Positions 50,443 through 61,725 of a stretch of 64,000 nt of DNA are shown here, piece by piece. Source of the stretch: Paragordius varius (Eukaryota > Animalia > Nematomorpha); assembly GCA_964247055.1 (NCBI GenBank), contig OZ176057.1:2108001-2172000 (forward strand), given 5' to 3'. A program made the translations under genes and the position numbers. The number at the start of each line of letters is the position of its first letter. Position 1 is the first letter of the stretch. The notes under the pieces were generated by a model. The model worked only from the letters and a program-made list of their open reading frames with translations. It was not told the DNA's origin and did no database searches.

Positions 50443-53400
50443 ATGGAAAGATTTTGGTTATCTCTAAACATTATAATTAGTATGGCAATAGTAATTTCGA
50501 ATGCTCTGTTACTGGCTACCCTAGTGTCCCAAAAACGGCTTTACAATGCCACCAATATATTTGTGATCTCACTTTCGGCTTCAGATTTGCTCGTGGGTCT
50601 TTTCATTCTTCCCATTCTGATTGGGGGTGATTTAGCGAAGGAATCCCTCACCCCTACCACAACTTGTCATCTCTACGCCGCTTTTGTAACATTGAATTGT
50701 GTAACGGCTCTTTGCAGCGTGTATTCCATTTTAGGTAAGATTTATATGGAAATTGGATAAAAAGATAATATGTTGAGTTGAAATCATTGAAAATACTAAA
50801 GTGTTTATATTCAATTTTTAATGAATATATTATTATGATTATTATTATAAATTCGGATCTATTCAATTTTAGATTCGGTTTATACCTTTAAATATAAATA
50901 GTGTGTCATATGGGATTTTTTGTGCAAATTTTCTTGATATTAAAATTTGGCCCTATGCTTAATCCTGTCTGTCGCTTTTTTGTATAATCACCGTTTATAA
51001 AAAGCATTGATAATTGTTAATTTCTCATTGCTTCAATATTTTTGCTTGGGTTGGTATTATTCTTTTTACTCTGTATTACATAATACATTTAATCTTTTTT
51101 AATCTGGGGTCGACATACCAGGCGCCCCTAAATATTTTAAATGCAAAATCTTACGAATTTAAGTAAAATTAATTTTCTGACACATAATTTTGGAATAAAT
51201 CTTTCCTTGGCACACTCGACCAGTAAGCCCATATATTTCTCATATGCTGCTTGTCGGATTTTTCGATCCGAAAATGCAGTCCGCTAAACCATGTATATTG
51301 ACACCACTGCTTTTACTCTATTGTGACTTATAAAGCCATTTTGATTGATTGTTACCAATGTTAGCGGAGAAAAAAATAATTTTAAATTGCAAAACAATTA
51401 TAAATGTATAAAGAAGTTAATCAAAATTCCAATCGCGTTAAGTTTAAGAGGCATAGCTTGAATTTCTAGCGCCCAGTGCATGTATCCCATTTTTTTACAT
51501 ATAGAACTCATCTGAACACAAACCTCCTATATTATAGTATATTTTCTTTGAAACTAATTTAAAGTGCTTTTCTATTACAGACTTCATTCCTTCTACTATT
51601 AAATATCATTGTTCCATTGTATATATTATATATATTTATACATATATAGGTATTGCTTGTGAACGGTATCGTGTCATAGTTGAACCGTTTAAACCGCGGT
51701 TCGGGAAATCGCAATGTTTGTTAGCCATAACTATTATATGGTTTGGAGCGGTACTTATTTCTTGCGTTTTCTTAGTCCAAATTGAGTCAAAAAATAATGG
51801 ATTGTACCTTGTTTCAAAGACTACTCTTGCCGACTTTACCCAATCCCTCTCGATGACAGATAATTTTTCATCCTCTCTCTATTTAACCACGCCAACATCA
51901 GCAGAAGAAAATCATGAAAGATATGGGACTTTACCTCCTTTGGGTCCTATAACTTCGTTGGAAGAGCCAATAGGTGATTATATTTACACGCAGGCACACA
52001 ATATCGATAGTTTTTTAGATGCGAATCCTGCTACCAACGCTAATAAAAATGATTTAGAAGATACACATCTAAAAGCAAATGTTAGAAAAGTGCGTTCTGC
52101 ACTATATTTTATACCTGGGAGTAATGTTGTTGAAAATCCTGAAGATGTTAAAAATATCATGGCTGCAAAAAATGATAATCAAAATTTGTTTGTATACGTA
52201 CCTACGACCCCAATTCCTTTCCGGGAAAGAAAACCTCACGCTGATATTCCACAAGATTACTTCCAAAAATTTGTGGTACCTTTCAATGATTCTAATATGC
52301 ATATTGGTAAATTTAATATATGGTTTAAAATAATTTTTATGATTTTTTACATTATAAAACTGATAGTTATTTTCTTAAGAATTTTTTAACCCTAATAATT
52401 TGAGAGAAAATATTTATTTTTGATATATAGTTTTGTTATAATAAATTACATTTAAAAATAGTTTCAACAAATTTTTCAATATTTGACTTTTAATCCAGCA
52501 TTCAGTATGGATGCCACTGGGAACACAACTATTCCTTTCGAAAACCGAGGAATTAACATGACAAACAGTTACAATGATTATTTCTATGCTTATCATCCAA
52601 CCATGTATCGTATAAATATTACCACAACATATTTACCGACTACTTCCCTGCTCTCCAAATATGACAAAGGCGACAATGAATCTGTTGTAATCTTGAATGG
52701 AAATAACACTGTAACTAATACATCATCATTCACATTAGATAATAATGGTAGTGATAAAAGAATCATGAATTTTTACATAAATATTTTGCAACACAAATAC
52801 GGGAACGGGGACAGAAAAAACAGTTGGTTTATGCCTCAGGCCCAAAGGTACCCGCACACAAAGTATGACAAAGCATATGATATGGACGCTCAGCATGATT
52901 CTCTGAAATCGATGGATGATTTGGCATTGGGATCTAATGTTTCCAATCCATTTAACATTGCTATTAAAAATAAACTACCACTGAGTGGGGAAGGGACTTT
53001 TTGTGCTTTTTCCCGGCGACAAGATGCAGCTTTTCTAATTTTTCAACTTACGATAGGTTGTACTCTGCCACTCCTTACAGCTATTGGTCTCTTTTGTGCA
53101 ATGGTTCGAGTGTTGTGGAAAACGCGACATAATTTAACGCTTGTACATAAGCAATCTACTACCTATTCTTGCACACCATGCAAAAATAATGATACATTTA
53201 CGTATAATTCCACAACGCCTACAATTAATAACACTCGCACAAATTCTACTTCATCCGGCAAAGGAGTGTCATTTCATACAAAACGCCAAAATATACAAGA
53301 TAAGACCAATATTACTCTTAGTCACAAAAAAAGCCAACCTTTACTTTCAATAGCACAAAAACAAAGTTTAGATTCTAAATTAACTAAAAATGATCTAGTG

Positions 53401-55056
53401 TCAAAAGCAACAAAAGCGATAAAACCGCCTGCATGCGACAAATCTCATGCTCAAATACCCTCCTTAAACCACAAAAATCGTCGTATGGAAGACGATGCGA
53501 AAATTGGGTCCAAACTTTTAAATAGGAGAAACGAAGAAAATGTCAAAAAATTATCCATTGATCCCAGTAGCTATGGAAATGATAAGCATTTATGGAGAAA
53601 CCATCGCATGTACAGTTGTGATAACTCTCATGCCTTGTTTAATACAAAAACTAAAAGCAATAATGCACAGGAAGGAACAACTGTTAAAAATATAACAATT
53701 CCGTATAGTAAAAAAGTTGATACTATTGCAACTTTACACCCGCGAAAGAAAAATATTCATAACACTGAAAACATAAATGTTGCTCAAAAATATCCTTTTC
53801 TGTATAATGCTTTAGGGGCTTCCAAAATGGTTCCTGTCCCCGTTCAGGTTGGAAATGAATCAAATTTAAATGATACAGATTTAAATAGTAAAAAGAAATA
53901 TCTCTTGAATGAACGTGCCTCAACTACAAACATTCCAGTCGTATGGAGCAAGCGAAGGTTATCAACAGCTTTTCGCTTTCTCAAAAGCTTTTCCACATCA
54001 GTTGAAACAAATTACAGTTCTACAACACCACATCGATCTCCTCCACCCAAAAATGATACATTTCAACATATAATACTGAAACCAATGGATGCTGATTCAA
54101 ATATTAATTCTGCAAAACATTCAGCAGAACCAATCCATAACATTTATGTGGTTACAAAAAGTTCAATAGTCCCTACAGACAATGCTTCAGGCGTGGCTGA
54201 AACCATGGGTGCAACTATGGAAGATAATGTTTTTAAAGATATTGATGAGAAGAATCGAATTGATGATATCAAAGATAAAGCGATCAAACAGCCTAAAGCT
54301 GCGTTTAATTTTTTACCAGCTCTTATCATTGACAAAATTTCACGTGAACCAGTAAATATTGAGAAGAAATTAGATAAAGAAAGGACACGCAAAACTGGTA
54401 GATTAAAAAGACAAACTACGTTACATGTGACAGACACTGGTCCACACCTATTTCTGGACACCTCCGAATTTAGTGGAGTTAGTACATCTGACGCAGCGCA
54501 TGAACACAGCATTGACCCGTTAAACAGCAAGAGGGAAACCACGAAAGAAATAAATAGCCTTATTTCAACCATTACCCGAATTGATAAAGGAAAGGAGGCG
54601 AACAATATAACGCCTAAACTAAAGCAGTTGGATGGCACAGGCTCCTTCATCCCTATGAAACGCAGTAAAAGAATGCTAAGAAATTTAAAGTCTACCTCGT
54701 TACCTGTTGCAAATAGGCTGGTTAATAATACAACTGCAGAGGATTTTACCCCATACCCCAGCATAACTACTCCATGTTATTATATAACACAACCCAATGA
54801 TCGGGCTATACGTCTCCTGGTATGCATCATGGTAATGTACTTATTCTGCTTCTTCCCATTCTATATAATTTCTTTGGTGGAATTATTTTATCCCCTTAGT
54901 ATAAGTCAATTAACTTATAATATTCATAATGCTTTAACACTAACAGCTCATTGGGCCAATATTTTAATCTATGCAACGTTTAGCCAAACATTCCGGTCAG
55001 GTTTCAAAGGAATGCTTTATCATGCTTGGGATAGTTTTACCAATAATTTTAGATAA
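50443..55056 (+). CDS. Class A (rhodopsin-like) GPCR, ~1168 aa (exons 50443-50734, 51650-52306, 52499-55056)
   Basis: Canonical GT-AG introns join in frame (3507 nt). TM1 Asn, TM2 SLSASDLLVG, TM3 Cys and ERY, TM4 Trp, ECL2 Cys, TM5 Pro, TM6 CFFP, TM7 NILIY, helix 8 FRSGF. The start codon is uncertain and an upstream exon is possible. Confidence 0.93.
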
Positions 55057-55657
55057 CAAAACCATGATTAATTTTCCCATAACTTTTCCACATATATTAG
55101 CTCAATCAAAAACATATAATATTACTATATTTTCTATGTCTAATCACCTAAAAAGATTTTCATGCAATAATTCTCATTTTATAATAACCAATTTATAAAA
55201 CTAGTCACATATACTTTTATCATTATCCAAAGTTACTATTCATAAATAAATATCCATATTATTTTAACTATTATTTAAATAGAATAAAATTGGAAAAACG
55301 CCCAGGTCATTTGGTATAAAATATAAATTGAGGCATATTATGGTTTGCAATTAGAGACAATATGGCATAAAATTGATTTATTTGTATTGATATATAAGAT
55401 ACAGAAAAAACGTTCTACTAATAAAAGATAATAACTTTGTTTTTACATTCTAATATTCTAAATAATTAATTTTTATTTATTAAGCATTTTAATGCTTTTA
55501 CAGAACGGTATGTTACTGTAAATAGATTCATACAGAGGAAAATAAATATAATACACATACATGTACACTAACATGGAAAAGTTAATGTAACCATATAAAC
55601 CATTCAATACGCTGCGTATGGTCAGAAAAAAATATTATTGCATAGAAAGGGTTAAAA

Positions 55658-56264
55658 CAGGGGTGCACAAGACACCGTGGCCCGCATTTAAAATAGATAA
55701 ACTAATTTTTACTTTAAAAAACCGATATTAGTTTATATCCAATCAATTGATAAAGTGTGACTTATAAAATATTTAACCATGTAAAAAATTAGTCTTTTTC
55801 GAACAATAAATGGTTTGTATAAAAAAGCAGTTTATATAAATTTTTAAAGTACAAGACATGATTCATAAAAAAAATATAATTTGAAGGAAAAAATTATATC
55901 ATATCAAAAATTAAATTTATGCGGATAAAACGTAACAAAGAATATTTTTTTCAAAAGACCGCTATACTTTTTAAAATACTCGCTCTTAATTTAAAGTAGA
56001 AAACAGAGATGCCCGGTTATAATTATGTATGTTACAATTATCATCGTAACAATTTTAATGGACAAACCAAAATTAGGTAGTCTTTTGGCATATAATATTT
56101 GTCTTAACGTTTACATTTTGTATCTATAATAACATATTTCTGTAATTTTAGTATTTTATTTTTTATTTATAAATTGACTATAAAATCCCGATTTTATTTA
56201 AAAGTTTTGAAATCTAGCACGCGCGGACAAAAGGTTGGGAAGAGCCGGCTGTTGGAGACCCCTG
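55658..56264. mobile_element. hAT-type MITE (607 bp)
   Basis: Ends caggggtgcacaa and ttggagacccctg; 8-bp TSD ggttaaaa / gtttaaaa (one mismatch). Confidence 0.8.
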
Positions 56265-56929
56265 GTTTAAAATATAACAAATTAAAATATTCTAAATAAA
56301 TGCATAAAATAAATAAAGTAAATTATATAGCTACTGTATAAATCCAATATATTATTAATCAACGAGATATAACATGCTTAATGCAGTAATTTAGAGGTTA
56401 TCATAAATTTAAAGCGGATTCTCGAATTTTAACATTAACTCTAACAAAATCTGATTTATATACAGAAAAAATCTGGGCGGTATAAAATATCTTGAAATGT
56501 GATTTTGATTTTGAGCTTACGATTCATATAAGAAAGTCTTGGTGCACATTATGTTTGATTTTTTTGGCAAATGCTAAATGATTTTTTCCAAAAAATATTA
56601 TTAAAATATACAGACCATATTAAAGAAGCAAAAAATATTTTTATAAAATTTTTAATTTGGTCGTCGAAAGTCCCAAATTTTTCCGCTCTTCTAAAATTGG
56701 CTAGTTCGCTTAAAATAATGCCAAGATTTTCCGATAAACATATGCTAAATTTCGATAGTAACTAAAAATATCATAAAAATATGGATACGTTTTTGGAAAA
56801 AAATTTTTATCAAAATTTTGTTGAAACATAATTTATAATAAATTGAGTGGGTGACGACGATAGGTTGTTAAATAAGATTCGTGTTAACGTCGTGAATAAT
56901 GAATGAAAATAAAAATAAATTTATTATAG

Positions 56930-56963
56930 ACTCAAATTTTCGCCCAATGGCATCATCAGGAGT
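56930..56963 (-). ncRNA. Minimal type I hammerhead ribozyme motif in the Penelope inverted repeat
   Basis: The minus strand reads ACUC-CUGAUGA-U-GCC-AUUG-GGC-GAAAAUUU-GAGU. This gives stem I ACUC/GAGU, the conserved core, stem II GCC/GGC and a palindromic AAUU in place of stem III. Confidence 0.7.
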
Positions 56964-57551
56964 TGTTAATAAAAAAAAACTTAAAATAAATTACAACAAA
57001 GAAAAAAATATAAAATGAAATTAAATGTGAGACAAATCAATACATATAAATTGATACAATAGACAAAGGAAAATAACATAAAAGGAACCGTTATAATCTT
57101 GAGCGCATGTGCAATATAATTTAATAAGAACGTAAATATATATACATTATCAGACAAATAAAACAGAAATTATAAAAAAATATAAAATTTTTCTAAGTAA
57201 TATCAACGCTGTGTTTTTGGAATAAAAATATTACGGCTTTTTATGAAAATTTTGGTTTGAGGGTGTATTTCTCTTTTTTCTTCTCGCCTATTTAAAAGGT
57301 CATGTTCAGAGCTCTGTATGAATAAGGCTTCCTTTGTCAGTCTAGACTTGAGTTTCTTCTCTATTCCCAAGATATCTACTGTTGTAGAACAACGGTGATC
57401 ATTGTCAAAGCAATGTAAGAACATTGCTGAATTCTTGCATCTTACATGTTCTTTATACCTCAATTTGATGTCGCGTTTTGACTGACCTATATATTTGGCA
57501 GGACAGTCTCTACAATTCAATCTGTATATTGTGTTTTCAAGTTCGACATCT

Positions 57552-59241
57552 ATGAACACAACTGATTACGAAAAAAACGTAAAAGAAATGCTTTCAGACG
57601 AACTCACGTATACTCGGTTAAATCAAAACCCTACTCAAAAAACAATTGACCAAATAACTAAATTATTAAAAAAATGTGAAAAGTAAACAGCACCTTGATG
57701 ATAGTACATACAAAAGGTTGGTCCCCCATTCACAAAAATGTCCTAAATTTTACGCTAATCCTAAAATTCACAAGCCTTCCAATCCGTTAAGACCAATTGT
57801 TGATTATAGAACAGCTCCAACCTATAATATAAGTAAATATCTAACAAAATTATTTAACCCCTTACTAGGCAATTATATACATGGTGTTAAAAATTCATTT
57901 GATCTGACACAAAAAATTTGGAACTTAGTGATAACAGAGGAAGATAAACTATCATCGTTTGATGTAACATCACTATACACGAGTATACCTCTTGACTGGG
58001 CAGAAAATATTCTAAAGGAATTCGTTTACAAACATAGAGACTATTTTGAAAAGCATCTCCACATCAGTTCATGCATCCTCTTAATCCAAACAGTTTTGCA
58101 CAACAACTATATTTCCTTTAAAGGTGAATATTATAAACAAAAAAACGGAACCCCTATGGGTAGCAGTTTCTCTTCAGTCATAGGTGAATTGTGCCTCCGA
58201 CACATTGAGAAAAGCGTTTTGGCAAACAACGAAATAAAATTTTACAAGAGATATGTTGATGACATCTTAATAATAGATTCAGAAATTAACCAAAATAAAT
58301 TATTTATAGCGCTAAACAACGAATCGGAATCAAAATTCACAAAAGAAGAGGAAATCGACAACTCAATACCTTTTTTAGACATTGTCATATCTAAAATTCG
58401 CAATGACAACCAGATATCCATAACCACCAAAGTCCATTATAAAAAATTATTTAATTTCAGCTTCCTGTCTTTGGAATCTAATCACCCGCCATCCATTTAC
58501 AAAGCCATAGTATCTAGCTACATAAAGCGTACACTCCTTCTACCAAACACATTAGAAATGCAGATAAAACAGACAGGTGAAGTCGTACAATATCTGCTAC
58601 GCCAGGGTTACCACCAGGAATGGATTACGTCAGCCGTTAACGCTGTCCTAAAAAACAAAAACACATCAGCATCGATCAATCCTATTAATGACACAGAACA
58701 CACTGCAACACTGATCACTTGTCATAATGAATCGCAATCTAGTATCCCAATTGTTCGCAATGTTTGCCTTCCTTACAGCGGATTTTCTGCCAGCTTAGGC
58801 AAAATTTTAAAAAGGAAAAATAATTTAAAGGTTTACTACAAACCTACCGCGAACGTTCTCACTATGTTGAGAACTCGCGATGTCGAACTTGAAAACACAA
58901 TATACAGATTGAATTGTAGAGACTGTCCTGCCAAATATATAGGTCAGTCAAAACGCGACATCAAATTGAGGTATAAAGAACATGTAAGATGCAAGAATTC
59001 AGCAATGTTCTTACATTGCTTTGACAATGATCACCGTTGTTCTACAACAGTAGATATCTTGGGAATAGAGAAGAAACTCAAGTCTAGACTGACAAAGGAA
59101 GCCTTATTCATACAGAGCTCTGAACATGACCTTTTAAATAAGCGAGAAGAAAAAAGAGAAATACACCCTCAAACCAAAATTTTCATAAAAAGCCGTAATA
59201 TTTTTATTCCAAAAACTTTATACAGCGTTGATATTACTTAA
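57552..59241 (+). CDS. Penelope RT + GIY-YIG endonuclease (5'-truncated; one frameshift in an A7 run at ~57668-57674)
   Basis: PKIHKP..PLRPIV, SFDVTSLYT, GTPMGS, RYVDD and IPFLD. Endonuclease motif TIYRLNCRDCPAKYIGQSKR...RYKEH. Confidence 0.93.
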
Positions 59242-59463
59242 AATTTTATATTTTTTTATAATTTCTGTTTTATTTGTCTGATAATGTATATATATTTACG
59301 TTCTATTAAATTATATTGCACATGCGCTCAAGATTATAACGGTTCCTTTTATGTTATTTTCCTTTGTCTATTGTATCAATTTATATGCATTAATTTGTCT
59401 CACATTTAATTTCATTTATTTTTTTCTTTGTTGTAATTTATTTTAAGTTTTTTTCTATTAACA

Positions 59464-59493
59464 ACTCCTGATGATGCCATTGGGCGAATGAGT
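59464..59493 (+). ncRNA. Hammerhead motif copy with a 4-nt deletion (probably inactive)
   Basis: ACUC-CUGAUGA-UGCCAUUGGGC-GAAU-GAGU; it lacks the AATT present in the other copy. Confidence 0.5.
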
Positions 59494-61725
59494 CTATAAT
59501 AAATTTATTTTTATTTTCTTTCATTATTCACGACGTTAACACGAATCTTATACTTTATATTACTTTGAGGCATTTAGGGAACGGTATAAAAACGCTTTAA
59601 GATTTATATAAATCGGTAATGATTAACACATCTATCGCATCAGATTTTTGATTAAAATTATTAGCTGTAAAGTCTTGGTGAATATTTACATATACTTGTA
59701 GACGAAGGGATATTTAAATTTAGATTCAAATTGACTTGTCTATTGACCAAGACTATATATAAGTTAATATTAAAAAATTACTGAGAGAGACAGTACCAAA
59801 TTTATTCTCATATGATAAAAATCATATAAATAAGCTAACATATCTTAATAATAGTTTTGAATAAAAGGTCCTTATCAAACTACTTTGACGCCATTTTTAA
59901 CAACTTTGCAAAATATGATGATTATTTGATTTTAAGGCTAAAACTAAAGCTAATTTTTTATTTAACTAATGCTCACATGTCTGTTGATTAAATTTTTAAT
60001 CTGAGATTTAATTGAAATAAGCAACATAAGTTTGTCTAATGAATCTTTTTTTATATTTTGGTGCATAAAATTTTAAACTTTTGCATTTAGTTCCATATTT
60101 ATGGAAAAATTTAAAATCTTGGGATCACAAAATTTCTAATATGAATTGGGGGACTGAAATAAAATTGTTGTATTTAAGTGTCGATCGAAATTCTGAGGGG
60201 ATAAAATGTTCATCCGAAATCTATTTAAGTGCATATCTTAAATGTTTTTATACAGTTTCCTTCATAAATCAAAATATTATGAAATAGCTTCAATAAAATT
60301 TTAAGTTAAAAAGGTATGCATTTTTAATAGCAAAATTTAGCATTTTAAAATTATTAACGCGCAATTCGCTCATTTTTATGTTTATTTTAAGAGAAATTTC
60401 TGACTTTCAGAGCCCACATCTAATAGTATTTTTTAAAATTTTGTTTTGCTTATGGTATAATTAAGATATAATTAATTAAATGGAGTATTTAGCTTCATCG
60501 GAAAAAAAATTATTTAAAAATGCAAAGATTTTTTTTCTGATATGCAGCAATTCCGATAAAAATGTCTATAAATTCAAACACCTATAAGGACCCCGTATAT
60601 TTTATCACAATATATATGTTTCAATATTAATTTTGCTTTTGCGGATGTAATTGTTAGGATCTAAGATTTATTTAATACAAGAGAACTATGCTGATAATAA
60701 AATACGTTTAAAACATTTAGAGAGCGTATCGGTATCCTAAAATGTAGCTGCGAGAAATGGAAAGATACCTGACATTTTCTTATCTTATCACATTTTTGTC
60801 CTAGTTTACATTTTGGAGTAGTTTTATGTATCCCAGAGCTCAATTCTGTTAAATAACTTCAGTTTTGAAAGTTATTTTAATAATATAATTATCGGCATTA
60901 TTTCATATATATGATAAAAAAACTTATATTTAGTTTTGTTTTTAGAATATAAAATTGAGAAAACTCCACAGTTTTTAATTAAAATATATCAAGATTTTGA
61001 TTGTAAAATGTAGCTAACATGTTCCAACCATTATATACATTTATTTGCCTGTTTCATAAGCTATTAAAAAAAATACATAAACAATTGGCAGTGAGTTCGA
61101 TATGAGAAACTTTAAAAATTATTTCTATTTAATGCGCCTAATAGATAAAAAAAAGCATATTTTTAGATTCGGATTGATAGCTTATACTTTTAAAGATATT
61201 AAAATAACTAATTGCTCTAGGATACAAAACTACCCCAAAAGGTTAGGATGTTTTCAGAAAAATATTTTGGCCGAATCGTTTTGACCACCTATTTATATAA
61301 TAATATGTGCGCTAATTTTGCAACATTTTGTATTATACTCTGAATATTATCTTAATTTTAAACGATACACAAGGTACTATCCAGCATTATTTTTTCGTAT
61401 TTTATCACTATTTTCTTTAATATATATATTTCATATTATCCCAAAATATTATATTTGAAATTGGATTAATAGCTTACTTAGGTGAATTTTGCAAATTATA
61501 TTCGTTTTCCTATGTCAGAAATACATCAAAAACAGATAAATTGATAGTACATGCCCTAAGAATATCATAAAAACCGTTAAACATTTTAAATGATCAAAAT
61601 TTAACATTAAGCTAATACAAATATGAATTTTTTCGATTCTAAAATAGCATATGCTAAACCATATTTGTGCTATTTCATATGTAATTGATTGATTAGGACC
61701 TAGATGTTGGATTAATTAGTTTTTG

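Larger units (their letters stand above)
56872..59551 (+). mobile_element. Penelope-like retroelement with an inverted 5' copy of its 3' end
   Basis: 56872-57550 is the near-identical reverse complement of 58879-59551. The two repeats flank and overlap an RT plus GIY-YIG ORF. Confidence 0.95.

Noticed and set aside
54144-54764. 206-aa minus-strand ORF and other short ORFs overlapping the GPCR
   Set aside because: Antisense or alternate-frame shadows of the long GPCR exon; no independent motifs.
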